Positions 1-13,480 of a stretch of 64,000 nt of DNA are shown here, piece by piece. Position numbers and translations under genes: made by a program. How positions within the stretch are numbered: position 1 is the first letter of the stretch; each line of letters begins with the position of its first letter. Source of the stretch: Perna viridis (Eukaryota); the NCBI GenBank assembly GCA_037379345.1, contig CM074511.1, positions 46,072,862 to 46,136,861 of the forward strand, read 5' to 3'. The notes below the pieces were generated by a model, which did no database searches, was not told the origin of the DNA, and saw only the letters and a list, made by a program, of their open reading frames with translations.

Positions 1-818
1 TTGTTTTGTTATTATTTTTCTTACAAATTGAATCTTTATGTAAATATTCAGTACATTTTGCTGTACTATTGATATCTATATCAATAATATATCAATATTT
101 TCGGAGAGTAGGCGATCTTGAACTTTCAATTTGGATATATTCTATTTCATATGTAAAGTTATGAAGACAACAATTCTCAAGCTATCTCAAGTTGCGGTAT
201 CTTTTAATGCGTCGATTTGAATATGTGTATATCCAATGTTAGTTGTTATTTTGTTAAATTGTGTATTCTGTATTGATAATATGTGTAATGTGTATCTTTT
301 GATTATAACTATATATTTTATAAAAATATCACGAGCTTGAATTGGTGGTCTTAATAACATCGAGTGTCCGGATTCTATAGTTATTCAGTACTTGCTTTAA
401 CTGATCAATCAGTTTATTTACATGAAAAGTGTAGTTGACAAAACTTTTTCGCCACAAAATAACTATTCTATAAGGGTATAAATAGAATGATTCACACCAC
501 AATTATACAGAATGATTAATTTTGACGCAGGTGTAGTTAACTGATTTACAACTTACGAACGATATTTTCATATTTATAGATTTTTTAATAAGTTTTTTGT
601 TAAATGTTATGAATGTTATGAATTCGTCACATATCAAATTTAAACATCCATCTCCATATTCAAGTTCGATAAATAGAACCAAACAGTCAAATGTCATAGT
701 TTTTTTTTTATTCTGTGCCTACAATGTGTGTTACAATGTATATTGTTTATTTTTCAGTTTCAGTAGAACCAAAGAAAATAAATTGAAACAATATTATTTT
801 CTAGCATGTGTTTTTATA

Positions 819-1286
819 TGATTGATTGATTGATTGATTGATTGTTGGGGATTAACGCCCGAGCAGCAATATTTCAGCTATAGTCAAGCTATGAACATGG
901 AAGGGATGATAAAATGAACATGAAATGATGATGAAATGAAAAATGGGATGGGACACAAGGATACAGGGTCGACAAATTTTGATTGCCACTGGAAATAGGG
1001 AGAGGTGGGTAGGGTCGGGCAATTTAGCCTCCTGTGGCGCAGCCATGTGGTTCCAACTCTGGGAGAATATCACAGAAGGGTTCTTTCACGTACGAGGAAC
1101 GTGGCATCTTTCCCAACACGTTCCTTCACTATGGTTTGCGGTCAGATTTTCCGTATTATGGCCTAACGACACCAGCATGGAACATGCCAGGGTTATTCCA
1201 TTTCACTACCTGGGGCAAACAACCCAGTTGCTCTGTGGGCAGAGCGCTCTAGCCCCCGGATAGGGATCTGAGCACTATTTAGTCGC
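819..1286 (-). mobile_element. SINE-like retroposon, 5'-truncated copy (same family as 45689-46195)
   Basis: Colinear with 45689-46131. (CAAT)n tail on the minus strand after ...ggcgttaatccccaa. Central gtacgtgaaagaaccc...ggctaaattgccc segment resembles the Deu/Nin SINE core domain (from recall). Confidence 0.8.
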
Positions 1287-1382
1287 GGTATGTTATTACC
1301 GGAGAGAATATTCGGTTAAAAGAATGACAAACGCTACATACTTAAAAACACTGATGTTTCCTTCCTTGTATTGCACGTGATA

Positions 1383-1556
1383 GAATCTTTTAGCTCTCTA
1401 TTTCGATAGTTTTGGTTTCTTTGAGTACTTTTTGTGTATATTTTTTAGATCTTCCTTTATACTTGATTCTAATGTTGCTGATGAGAGGTGATTCATTGAA
1501 ACACGTGTACAGCATATTGAAATTTGCAATACGTAAATAATTGGTATTTTTGTATT
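1383..1556 (+). repeat. Hammerhead-bearing dispersed repeat, copy 1 (probable Penelope-like element terminus)
   Basis: Alignable by eye with about 6085-6330 and 23890-24135. Confidence 0.65.
1471..1518 (+). ncRNA. Minimal type I hammerhead ribozyme motif within a dispersed repeat
   Basis: atgttg-CTGATGA-gaggtgattcatt-GAAA-cacgtg-TA-cagcat. Stem I atgttg/cagcat, intact core boxes, palindromic stem III acacgtgt, GUA cleavage triplet (cut after 1509). Stem II has a mismatch. Confidence 0.65.
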
Positions 1557-2369
1557 GAATAAAATTATGGTCCACATTTTAAATGTTGCAAATCTCTTTT
1601 ACTCTGGACTTGCTAGGTTTGTTTGGATAAATGGCAAGGTTCTTTACATTTGTCCTCAGTTTTGGACGTCATGCATATAAATTTTATAACAAACACTACT
1701 TGAGTAAAGACATTGAGTTGAATGTGTGATTGTCGCTGTAGAACACAAAATGGCGTCAATATATTTAGTAGTAGGAGGCAATATCTCCTTTCTGAAGTGT
1801 ATATCTGTGTCAAGTATTGACCATATAAATAGAACATGCAAACATACATGATCAAGTACGTACATACTTGGCTTATATGCAGTTCACCATAATAAATGAT
1901 GAATCATTCATTGGCAAGGAAAGGTCGATCTTAAATTACGTAGAAATGGAAGTGTCATTTTAAAGAAAACATTATCGTCAAAATAATTTCAAGACAAAGA
2001 AAAAGAATTTCATGTAAATGTATTGGTACATGATAATTACGAAGACAATTGTACTTTAAACTGTTAAAAAACTGTTTTCTTTATGATCCTTGATGAAAAT
2101 TTAGAGGGATTGACGATAAGTGAAAGCTCGTTTAAAAAAAATACATCAACATAAATTAATTCAAGCTTATATATACAAAACATCGGAAAGATGTTCAATT
2201 TCTTTTTACTTTCTAACCTATCGACAGTCTGTGAAAGATAACGTCCAGTAGATAAGTCCCATATTTTATGGTCAATTTCGATTATCCTAATTTGATTTGT
2301 CTATTTTGGATAATTTTCCACCGTTTCCACATTATTTACTTTATTTACATCATGATACTTTATTGAATC

Positions 2370-2655
2370 GAATGATATCGCCCAAGTTTGAATTGTTTTT
2401 GATTGGACCCATCTGTGACTCGTGTCGTGGAACTGCGTTACTGATGCTTGACTATTACTGGAATATACTCATTTTCTATATGACGGGTGACGCTGGCGGA
2501 GCAGAACATGCTTACCCCTCAGAGGCACCTGATGTCAAACCCGGTTTTTATTTCAAGTGTTTGAGTTTCTTGTGTAACGTCTGGTTTCTCAGTTTCTCTT
2601 ATCTTCAGTTTTTATATGTAAGCTATTTTACTCGGAATTTTTTAAGAAAGGTCGC
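2370..2655 (+). mobile_element. 3' end fragment of a Penelope-like (Naiad-type) retroelement, family B
   Basis: Similar to 19200-19500 (minus). Contains the cgggtg...agcag...tgcttacccct...gcacctg motif also seen downstream of the RT at 30435-30534. Confidence 0.55.
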
Positions 2656-2809
2656 NNNNNNNNNNNNNNNNNNNNNNNNNNNNNNNNNNNNNNNNNNNNN
2701 NNNNNNNNNNNNNNNNNNNNNNNNNNNNNNNNNNNNNNNNNNNNNNNNNNNNNNNNNNNNNNNNNNNNNNNNNNNNNNNNNNNNNNNNNNNNNNNNNNNN
2801 NNNNNNNNN
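2656..2809. other. Assembly gap (run of N)
   Basis: 154 consecutive N. Confidence 1.
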
Positions 2810-4657
2810 TCATTTTTGTCTTTTTTTCCTTTGCTTCATTGTTTGTTGTTTATTTCGTTATTTATTTTATTTTACCATTCATTTCGCACATAACGAGTTT
2901 ATCTTAGTATATCTACATCCAGTGATAAGTGTTGTTATGTCGTGTCAATGTATATTCAATATCAATAATAAGTAACAAATTACGGACTTCAAGTATATTT
3001 CTTGGTAGGTATTTCAAATAATATGTAATGTCCAGGCTTAGGCATTCAGTAATGATTTTTAAAGGCCATTTTACTAGAGTGATATTCTACTTAATCTGTA
3101 TATTCATCCTATGTGCATACTATATTTTAAATTATATATATATATATATATATCAATTGTTAGAAAAGATTGTTAGGTATAGATAGATCGATTCACTCTA
3201 TAAAATACAATAACTTTGGCGCAATTTTCGGTAACTGATTTACAACTTCTGAATAATATTTACATAAATAGAGATTTTTTATTTACTTAAATGTCATGAA
3301 TTATACGCATATAAAATTGAAATATTCATCTCAAAAATCACTTCGATATATGGTACGAAAGATTTAAAAATTTCATACTTTTTTCTCTCTTCTCTCTAAA
3401 AGTCGTCGATAAATGGAACCAAAGAGTTAAAATTTCATTGTTCTTCTCTCTTCTCTCTCTTAGTCCCGATAAAAAAAGATTAAGCGAGCTTTTTTCAGTT
3501 GTTGAATAAATTTTTGTTTCGGTTTCTGTTTTCATTACTCCATCTCCTTTGCTTTGGCATCGTTCTAACCGTGATTTATGTATCGAATTCCTGACTGAAA
3601 ACGGGTTTCAAAAACTGTTAAGTTTAGTTATGAAGACAAATAAACTTTTATTTGAAAATCATCTTCTTTTTGTTTTCCATTTATTTTGGAATAAATAATC
3701 AATGAATAATTTAATCATGTATAACCCACACATATTAGCATATGTTTGTCATAGAAAATACATGTATCTTAATTAAATCGAGAGGTATTCTTGTGTTGTT
3801 CACAAATAAGGTGTTTCTGTATACAGTGTGTAAGTGTACCATTTAGAAAGTATTTCATATGCTTGACAATGTTTGGGAACTATTTGCTTGAAATATATTG
3901 CAACTTACAAAGCTCCCTATTACTTGGTAATTTAAACAATGACCTTCCTTGTCAAACAACTAACGTTTCATTTCCATAAGGATCTGTTCATTTATACCTT
4001 GCAATGTTTTATTGAATGTAACAGTAAATGTATATTGAGATAGCGACAATTATGTAAAATTAAGAGTTTCACATTTTATAACACGTCTACATTGAATTGA
4101 ATCAATCCAACTTTTTCATCAAATGATACATTTAACATTCATATTTTACACAAAATAAAGGAACAAACATACTATTATTTTTAGCCCTTTCTCCAAGCTC
4201 CCATTGCACCTTGCCTAATTACCAAGTAATTGGAAATTGATCATATTCGGAGTTGTTCATTTCATTACGTTCCTTGACATCAAAATGCAATTATGGTTCT
4301 TATCGTGTATTTTATTCCAATTGGTAAAACAGTTAAAAAGCAAATATATCTACCTTCAAAACAAAACGTAAAGGTAATCTTTCGTTCACAAATTGGTAGG
4401 ATTTTTATATAATATGTAACTGCAACATTGTGAAAGTATATCATGTGATTGATGTTTTGTAACCGTTGTTTGCATCAGAAATGTACAACACACCTTTATA
4501 ATCCGCACCTTATTGAATACAGTATGATTACCAAAGTGACATTTAAAAAAGAGGCGTTAACAAAAAATATAGTACCGAAATATTGAACGGAAGTTTCTTT
4601 GGCGACATTCCAGAGGGTGGGATTTAAAAATGTAAATATTACACACGATAGCCTCTG

Positions 4658-4692
4658 TATATAAAGTCAAGTTGCTGTCATACATTTTCATA
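4658..4692 (+). promoter_or_regulatory. TATA box plus Inr-like element of the small gene at 4739
   Basis: TATATAAAG at 4658-4666; TCA at 4688-4690, about 32 nt downstream; ATG in AAAATGG context at 4739. Confidence 0.6.
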
Positions 4693-4738
4693 ACTAACTT
4701 TTACTTTATCTTCGAACTACAAGATATCTTCTTGTAAA

Positions 4739-5077
4739 ATGGCTAGTTTACCACTAGGGTCTGATATCTACAAAACTGTTTTAAGTGGAATTGAAAATAA
4801 ATGTACTGAAACTATCAAATGGAAAAATGATTCAGATGACAGCGATGACTGTTTTCCAGGTGAAATAAGGACTAAAACCATTCAAAGGACAGGAAAAAGA
4901 AACTCGTATAAACTAAATAGAGACAAACGCAATAAAAATAGAGTTCATTGGATTGATGAATGTGAGAATCTACCTCTTGCTTCGGACAAAAGATTCGAGT
5001 CTGACTCTGTTTCGAAAGTCAATTACAAGCCAATTCTGAAATGTCGTGCCAACTGTGTTATCATTATATCTGAATGA
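4739..5077 (+). CDS. 112-aa intronless protein; putative PP1-interacting small protein (RVHW and KPILK motifs), paralog A
   Basis: Clear protein-level homology to 28043-28348 (LPLGS..TVL, V.WIDEC...PLA..KR, KPILK.R.NC). Upstream TATA box; AATAAA at 5396-5401 followed by a GT-rich tract. Confidence 0.85.
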   Translation: MASLPLGSDIYKTVLSGIENKCTETIKWKNDSDDSDDCFPGEIRTKTIQRTGKRNSYKLNRDKRNKNRVHWIDECENLPLASDKRFESDSVSKVNYKPILKCRANCVIIISE

Positions 5078-5395
5078 AAACTGACAAAACGACCTGAAAA
5101 AGGACAACGCGTCGAGTAAGGAAAAATGCCGTTCGAAAGAGGCAAAGCAGTGGAAAAAATAACTGGCCATGAAAAAGAAAAAGTTTTACAATTCATATGT
5201 TGGGGAATGTTATATCAACTGAAATGTAGAGAATGAAAGACAAAAATACGGTATACATGCATAATGTCAGACTACATTACCTGAAAGATTACGAGGTTTA
5301 TAGCTGCAATTTCATTGACTATACATGGTCTCATGATCATATGTGTTCTAATGTGCAATAGTTTACAGATTGTTTTATACTTATTTATTCTATTC

Positions 5396-5401
5396 AATAA
5401 A
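5396..5401 (+). terminator. Polyadenylation signal for the 4739-5077 gene
   Basis: AATAAA with downstream T/GT-rich element (ttgattctgtttgttg). Confidence 0.55.
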
Positions 5402-6084
5402 AAATGATTATTAATCGACTTGATTCTGTTTGTTGAATTGACTTCCTATTTTATTACTGCTCTATTTGACAATTAAATTTGCGATTATTTTGTAATCATT
5501 TGTCTTCCTTTGTCTTTTTTTATTCTTATTACTTTTGCTTTTTAATTAGGTTTTGTAATATTTAATCATTGAAGTATTTATCACAACTGATAAAACCTGC
5601 TACAGCATTAATTTAATCAGATATACTCTACATTTTGCCGCATAATTCTTTTTCCTTCTTTACGTTCTTTCCCAGTTCACGAAGTTGTAAGATCCGGTTG
5701 CGAGTTTTGCATTTTAGCGTAAAAACTATTTAGAAAAAGTATCCTTCAATTAAGTAAATGGAGTTATGATTATAAAGGCATTCATTTGGATCACTTTGTA
5801 TTGGACATATACACTGTCATGACGAGCAACTGCTAGCTAACAAAGATGAAAACCATTAACGAAAAATGAACACACAAAATACTGCATTCTTCATTCTGTT
5901 GTAACTTGTGGCTTATTTCGTTTCATTTCGTTCTAGCAATGACTGGTTGTTTTGTATTATTGTATCAAAGATCAACGATGGTATTCACCAACCCAGTAAT
6001 TAGACTTGTCTGTCCACGAATCATTTTATATATCATTTACCGAAATTTGCAGTATTACAAATTCTGAAGCTCATAAAACACCGA

Positions 6085-6330
6085 GGCTTCATTGCTTGCA
6101 TTGTACATGGCAGAACCTTTGGATTCTAGATTTGGTTTTCTATTTTGATACCTTTGGATTTGAGAACTTTTTTGTATATAATTTTTGGGGATGTAGATTT
6201 TCCTTTGTATTTGACTGTAATGTTGGTGATGAAAGGTTACTCCTTGAAACACATGAACAGCATATCGAAATTTGTAATATTGTATTACTGGTATTTTTGT
6301 ATTGCCTTGTATTAAAAGGACGTGAAAAGT
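6085..6330 (+). repeat. Hammerhead-bearing dispersed repeat, copy 2 (core degenerate)
   Basis: aatgttggtgatga-aagg-ttact-cctt-gaaacacatgaacagcat at 6219-6263. Perfect stem II, but the core C and the cleavage triplet are mutated. Confidence 0.6.
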
Positions 6331-9300
6331 AACATATCTAGTTTACACAAACTTCATAAAGTCAATGACTGAATCTGGTCTTTCCAGATTTGGTATCACC
6401 TTGAACACATGAGAATCAACACAGGAAAAACCATGATTAGAAAAATGAAACATGAAAATCGTGGAATATATTTAAATAATGAACCTTTCTTCATTTAAGT
6501 ATCAATATTTGTCACATTAAACTCAGATCGTGTCAATAAAAAATTACCATGAATGAAATCCTATTTTAACATCCATTTGCATAATGAGCCATTCACACGA
6601 AGTGATAAATCTTTATTAAATCCCGTAGTAGAGTAAATCAAGCATATGATTTCCGAATATGGTTGTAAATATTACTGAACAGATCAATTTTTCCTTATTT
6701 ACTTATCTTCTTGCATGTCTAGATCTACATAAAAGGCTGTGATCAGCTGCCTTCAAATATGTCTGTCCTTATCTGTGATTCTCATCTCTTTCAACTCTCC
6801 TTTCATCATTCTCATCCAGGTTCCTTTAGGTCTTCCTCTTATCTTTACTGAGGACGCTTAATGAAATATATTTTTTTCTAAATAGTTCACAGTTATTCTG
6901 CTCTTACTGGTCTAAGATATGGCAATTCCAGCACATTTGAGATACGAACCAATTTACCAAAGACACCACAAACTTTTTTGCCACCCGTTTTGCATTTAGA
7001 CGAGGCTCGTAGTACCGTAGTACCGTAAGTGATAGTTTCGTATCTTTGATATAATAAAATAATATTCTATCTGAATTTTAATACTAGTAATCTGTTGTCT
7101 TTTTGGTTATTCGCTGAGGAAAATTATCTCGTTTTTTCAGTCAAAGCTAAAGTAGTTAGCATGCAAAAATATCATGTATATCAAAGCTGGAAAACTATTC
7201 AAATTATAATGCTTTGATGAAAGTAATGTTACTGCTTTCGCCTTTTACTACCTTCTAGTGGCATTAATCTTCATGTTGACGGCTCAATAACGCAATTGAA
7301 TGTCAGTAAAAATATATTTTATTGAGCATCATTTCATGTAATACATTGAAAAGACATCATGATATATATCTAATAGTACATAGTGTTCCAAGGTAAATGT
7401 TCTGATAAAATAAAGTTGAGTTTCCTTTCCAAAACGATCAAAGATGGAGGAAACATAGACATAAGATTAATTTCGGTAAGGGAGTACCTTGTGAAAAGAA
7501 ATTTTTGACATTTTGAAACTCAACTCATATCAATGTATGGCGAACTTCCTTTATTTATTCAGATGGTCTATAGAGTACAAAAATGAGGCAAATTATTATC
7601 TTAACGTGTAAAATTTGTATCTGTATATTTTGTGGACCATCGACCTCTTTTAAATCCTTCTATTACTATCCAACTTTATTAGTTATGACAAGACATTTAA
7701 GGCGTTTGTCCGCTTAGGCTTTAAACCACACGATTAATAACAACTTTTAAAAGAAGTGGGCCGTGTAAGATAAATATTACTTTGTTAAATTGTAATATTA
7801 ATGAACTAATAGTGGCGTTTGCATTTCTTGGTACCATTATCGAATTATGCCTCTTTCAGACATGTATCCTATTCTAATCGAATATTGTTTGGTGGTATCA
7901 ACACATACTTTACTACAATTGATTTTGTACAATATCCTAAGCTGCTTATAGGCAGATATGCAGGATAAAGAACCACTTAAAGCATTTCAGACGCTTGTAC
8001 ATTGATTATACAGACAATTTTGAAGTTCCTGATGATTCGTAGCTCAATTTATAAGTTTTTATAACTTTTCTCAATGTCGAGAACTGGTTAAACAATTTGT
8101 TTGAAACAAATTCAAAATTGATATCGTGTTTTTTATTATAAAAGCAAAATTCTACCTGTCAATTACTTAAAGAAAGGGGAAAATGGAACCCGGATTGAAA
8201 CGGTTATCAAAGGAACACCATCCAGAAATAAAGAAAAGACACTGAAAATACTGATGGAGCAAAGAACATGGAATGACAAAAATAACGCCCACATAGAAAC
8301 AAGTAAATAAGCAACTCGGAATCCACTTAAAACAAAATGTATGGATGTAATTCTGTTATAAATCGGTATCTAGAACAGATAAAGATTTATTGTAAAGTTT
8401 GGCTTGCAATTGTTTCAAGATCTAAGAATCTTATATACTCAAGGATGAGTTTAAGGTTTACTTCAGGATACTATTTTGTATTTTTTTTCTTCATTTTTTC
8501 CAACACAAATAGGAAAGGATGAAGATTAATGAGAGGCTAAAGATTAGAAGATTCCGAGCTTTTAAAGAATATTTAATTGTTACAATCCTTTTTAAATAAT
8601 ATTTAAATTCACGATGGAAATTTTATCTTTTGTAGTTTGTTAGATGCTTTTAGACTGATTAGATTACATTACATTAAAGAGCATACTATAGAGGTATGCT
8701 GTTGCCTGTTTAAGTCAATGAAAGAACATAGTTATTTTGTAGATAATAAGCTTCTAAACAGCATTGAAATAATATCAAACGGCAAAAAGTATTATTCTGC
8801 AAAACAAAAGATGTTCTTTTATTGTTTTATTCATTGTCGGTAAACGAAATTATGTGTGAATATTTAAAGCAATACATTGTACTTTATTTAAACTAGAGCC
8901 TGACAGCTAGCAATTCAAAACATATCCAATGACTTTCCATTTAAACACATTCGTCAGGAAATTTGCGCACGTATATCTCATCAGCAAATGTAAAATTAGC
9001 AGTCCTTGAGTGAATTCATGAGTTGCATGACAATCAGGGAGTTGAGACACATCACAATAATCATTATTTAGGTAATTCTTGACAATCGCCAATATGGCTA
9101 AGACGAAAATAAATTAGACTTCAAATTCGCTATTAACAAAGTGCAACTTTTTGCATTAAAGTTGTACATTTCTGTTTATTTGCATGAACATTTTTGCCTG
9201 TTAGGTTTGATCTCAGTGTGTGTGTGTTTGTTTTGTTTGTTTTGATTTGTTGTATTTGGTTTATGCAAAGAAAAAGGCAGAAAAAAACACTTTTATTATT

Positions 9301-9671
9301 TTTACCCAAAACACCTTTCTCGTTCCTCTAGGAACATCATTAGACTGCAAATGTGATGCATGAAAATTTACTGAACTAAATCTTTGAAGAAACGTAGTTT
9401 TGAACTTTAATTTGTACAAATATACTCATGTCATTTTTATTATTTTTAATATCAAGAATTTCCAATAAGCATGTCAAGGATATAGAGAGTCAATTATTGA
9501 ACCCACAAATGCATGTAGTCATAAATACAAAATGTTTCATTTGATTGTACCCTAACATAATGAACGTGACTAAATACACTAACTACTTTCCTTTAATGCA
9601 AGGACTTAAAATCTTATGGTTAATAATTTCTCGAATTTCATAAACTTATTGACATTTAAATGTCACCGATC

Positions 9672-9674
<3 letters not shown>

Positions 9675-9705
<31 letters not shown>
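9675..9705. repeat. (TC)n microsatellite
   Basis: Direct inspection. Confidence 0.95.
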
Positions 9706-9708
<3 letters not shown>

Positions 9709-11469
9709 AGAAATAAAACAAATACTATCAATATCAAAATAATTAGAGAAATAAACCGTTAAATATTAATTTTCAATACCATTGTTTGACTAACTTGTTT
9801 ATGAGCTTACCTTCATTTCTACACGTAAACAGTTCAAAGCCAACACAGTCTATACTGAAAGGGAAATCATGTGTGTGAACAAGGAAAAGAAAATAATATA
9901 AAATAATATAAGAATAACCAGTAGACATAGATACGAAAAAAAAACAAGCACAAAAAAGAACATTACATGACCAAAATAACAAGTGTAAATTTAATAAAAG
10001 TAAAAAGTAAAAAAGCCAAAATATCATAAACTTTGTGCATAATGTTGCACCAAATACTAAAAGTGATCATAGGTGAGACTCGATACAATCTGTGAGTAGT
10101 ACAAATGTGGAAACAAAAATAATTGGACGAGGAACTGGCCACATTACACAAACAATAAGAAACCGCATGCTGAAATGAACACCATGAGCTCATTTAAAAA
10201 TCAATGGAGATACAGAAATGTAAGCAGTTTCTGCGCTTGTCATATATTCATTGCAGATGATTTTCAATAACAATCGATCAACCAATATACACAAAAAACT
10301 GCCAATCTATAGACTAATTTTAAGATGGTAACAGTTACTGAAAAAATGTATTATCTTTAATGCGATGTTATGCTTAAATTTTAACTTCCTTCATATGTGT
10401 AAATAAATTTTTGTAACAGAAAAACAATGACAATATCTTGCCGGGGTACATAGTGAATTTGAGATTATACAATCTTCTTATTCAATTCTTAAAACATTAC
10501 TACAAATTGAAAAAAAAGTAAAAAAAAAAAAAACAGACAAGCATATTAAATTAACATTGATTTTGAATCGTTCATGCTAACATCCGATCACTAAAGTAAC
10601 ATATAAGCGTTTCGTATGAAACGAAATTAATCATACGTTATCTCTGAGTACATCTTGGTAATGTTGACGCTTTCATATGTTTAAACAGAGTAGTGTTTTG
10701 TGTAATTTGTTTTGTTTTCTGTTTGGGTTTGGTTAACCTTGTTGCTTGTTTATCTTATGTAAAATGTCTTTATTTCTCTGTTATATTTTTTTTAGTAAAC
10801 TCGAGATAACAAATGTTTTGTTAAGTAAAAAAGTACGGCTATTTCAAGCTTTTAGTGTAAATATTATTCGACCAGACCAAAAACCATAAAAGAGCGTTCT
10901 ATAGGTGCCAATGTTTACGTTAAATTACACCTGTAAAAACCGGGGGTGTCACAAAGCAACACCGGCGTTGAAGTCGTAAATATTGATAAAACTGTTTTGT
11001 TTAAATCAAAACTTCCTTTTCCGTGGATTGAGTATTTACTAAAAGAAAGAATATACAGAACAAAAAAATATGTCGTAAACACCAGTGACATGCAATTCAA
11101 GAGCAAATAGTTACAGACAAAAACAACATAAACTGTATTAAGATCAAAATCTTGTATCAAAAGGTTATATAATTTAAACAAACAACGCTGAACAAAATTA
11201 TTCCATAGCAGGAAACCTATATCTTACAAATTTATTCAACTCAATAAACCATTCATTGTTCACTCGTAAGAATGGTGACTAATCTTAAATCTTGTTAATG
11301 ATTAGAAATCATGAGGACACTGCCAAGCAGTACATTTTTGTTTTAAATTGAACTGTAAATTACTTTAATAAATACACGTATTACAGTTTCGAGATAAACA
11401 GTTGATGTTGGATAACTGCTGTCATCATAAATTGAAACTGTATGATGAATTTTTTTAAACACCAAGTTA

Positions 11470-13480
11470 TTTTAGCATAGCCAATGGCCGCAGTTCAAGA
11501 TTATGCATACGCGTAGAAAAATAAAGAAGGAACATGAACTAGAACTTGCAGTATCAGGTTGGGTAAAAAGTATTTTAGCCATTGGAACAATGTCGCATTC
11601 GCAACCACAAACACTGCATAATCGACCTTCAGTATTCAAATACGAAAAAGCTGGAAAAAATTTTCTTCTCCTTTCATGAGGAATATGTTGTTGTCCCAGG
11701 CCTGCGGACAAAACCTGTAACAACATTGGTATTTTATTTTTATTTATTTAAGCGCATACATGCTGAGTAAAGGAACTAGGAATCAAAGAAAATCCAGATA
11801 ATCCTACACACAAACGCAGTACATTCGACAATGATGAAATCCTAGCTAACCACAAACCTTTATGACCTCGTTGAATATTCCTTCAAAAAGCCTAAAGACT
11901 TACTTTATTTCTATTGGATTCTAAGAACTACATCAAAATACATTCATAAAAGGTCAATAAGAATATTGTACTTGTTCAACAAAGACTGCTCAAGATTGTG
12001 TCCGCAGTGGAGGAGGGACATCAAAAATATTGTGAAACTGTTTACTCTCGTTGTAGCACTAACGATTCTCAAAAACTCTACAAAGGTTCCTTAATAATCT
12101 TTAATTTCACTCCTTCGTTGAATTTAATTCAGTTATAACTAAATTAATCTTTTCAACGTAAAATAAATTACCCACGATAAACTGAAAATCCCTCTAAAGG
12201 AAATCAACCACGCATTGAACTTCAAGAATGGCAATATTTTACAAATTTGTTGGTGTTTTTAAAACCTGCGATTCTACAAATGTTATCACTGCAAAGCCAA
12301 ATAACAAAAACTGCTGTATAGAGCAACAGTTGATCAGTATGCTAGAGTTTCTCCTTTACAACATATTTATCGCTTTTGAAAGGACAAATTTTCAACAAAT
12401 TATCGGCACTGATTGAGCTCCTTTTCCAGCCGATATGTTTCTTAATTGAACGCATGTACAGCATATTTTCAATATTTAAATATTAGAATGTTTGCATTCA
12501 TATGAATGGAAGTCTCTTCAAAATGTTGTTAAATACAAGATGGTCAAAGAAGATACTCTATTTTCACATATCGATTTATCGACGATGCTCTATTTATTAA
12601 TAATCCTAACTTTGGAGAATGACTTCTGTTTATTTATCCGTCAGAACTTGAAATATAAGGGACTACTTGAACAGCTCCCTCTCCGTCAATTTAAGACATT
12701 CAACTTAAATTCGACGATAATAATAGTCTCTGTACAAAGGTATATGACAAACGAAATGATTTTGTTTTACAATTATAAATTTACCTTCCATGTGCAGTAA
12801 TATACCAGTTTCCCTTGCACAGTGTGTTTTTTTTTTTTTTTTGAGCTTTAGGTTTTTTTGTGTAACGCTTTTTTTTAATTATCTTCAGTTTTAATATGTA
12901 ATCTATTTTATTTTGTTCGCTACGTTTTGAATGCAGATTCTGTGTTCACCGTTATGCCATGCTTTTTTTTAGGTATTTGAAAGAGTAATCATGGAAACCA
13001 AGGTTATAGCGGTAATCAAAAGAATGTAATCCAGGGACTAAGACCAGACATGGAAAAGAGACATACACAGCAAAGAACATAGATTAACTAAAATCATACA
13101 TACAAAATAACAAAAGCAGATGTGCAACTCGGACTCCTCTAAAAACTGGGAGCATGGACCAGGTGCGCCGGTAGGGTAAGCGTCCTTTGCAAATCTAGAG
13201 ACAACTGCCGAGTTGCTCATAAAAACTCCGGGTAGACGAAAGAGGAAAGGAATTATACAACTGCTGACGCTTCGGTCTTTATTTTCTGCCGATATTTGTT
13301 AAGGTATTCCAGAGCTAATAGCCACTATTCTGACTACTTAATACGCCACGTTGTCTGGGACTTTTGGACAAGGTTTTAAAAAATACAAACCATACGCTTC
13401 ATAAAAAAATTATTTCCGATATCCAGATGTTATAAATAGATAATCTCTACCTGACATAAATACTATGGATTTTTATAGTA
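11470..13480 (+). pseudogene. Old, fragmented Penelope-like (Naiad-type) reverse transcriptase remnant, interrupted by younger inserts
   Basis: Peptide relics across frames: FHEEYVVVP(ADK), MLEFLLYNIF...FQQIIG, RFIDDALFINNPNF, TKVYDKRNDF, LLRYSRA...YSDY...QGF. Many frameshifts and stops. Confidence 0.7.
12979..13252 (-). mobile_element. Young 5'-truncated copy of the Naiad-type family A 3' end
   Basis: Near-identical reverse complement of about 30400-30674. Confidence 0.85.

Noticed and set aside
852-1263. Overlapping ORFs of 72-106 aa (also 45801-46117)
   Set aside because: They lie in the GC-richer SINE, and the frames are not conserved between the two copies.
2297-2893. 198-aa ORF
   Set aside because: It reads through an N gap and a repeat fragment.
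8940-8990. CTGATGA/CTGACGA on the minus strand as further hammerheads
   Set aside because: No suitably placed GAAA or supporting stems.
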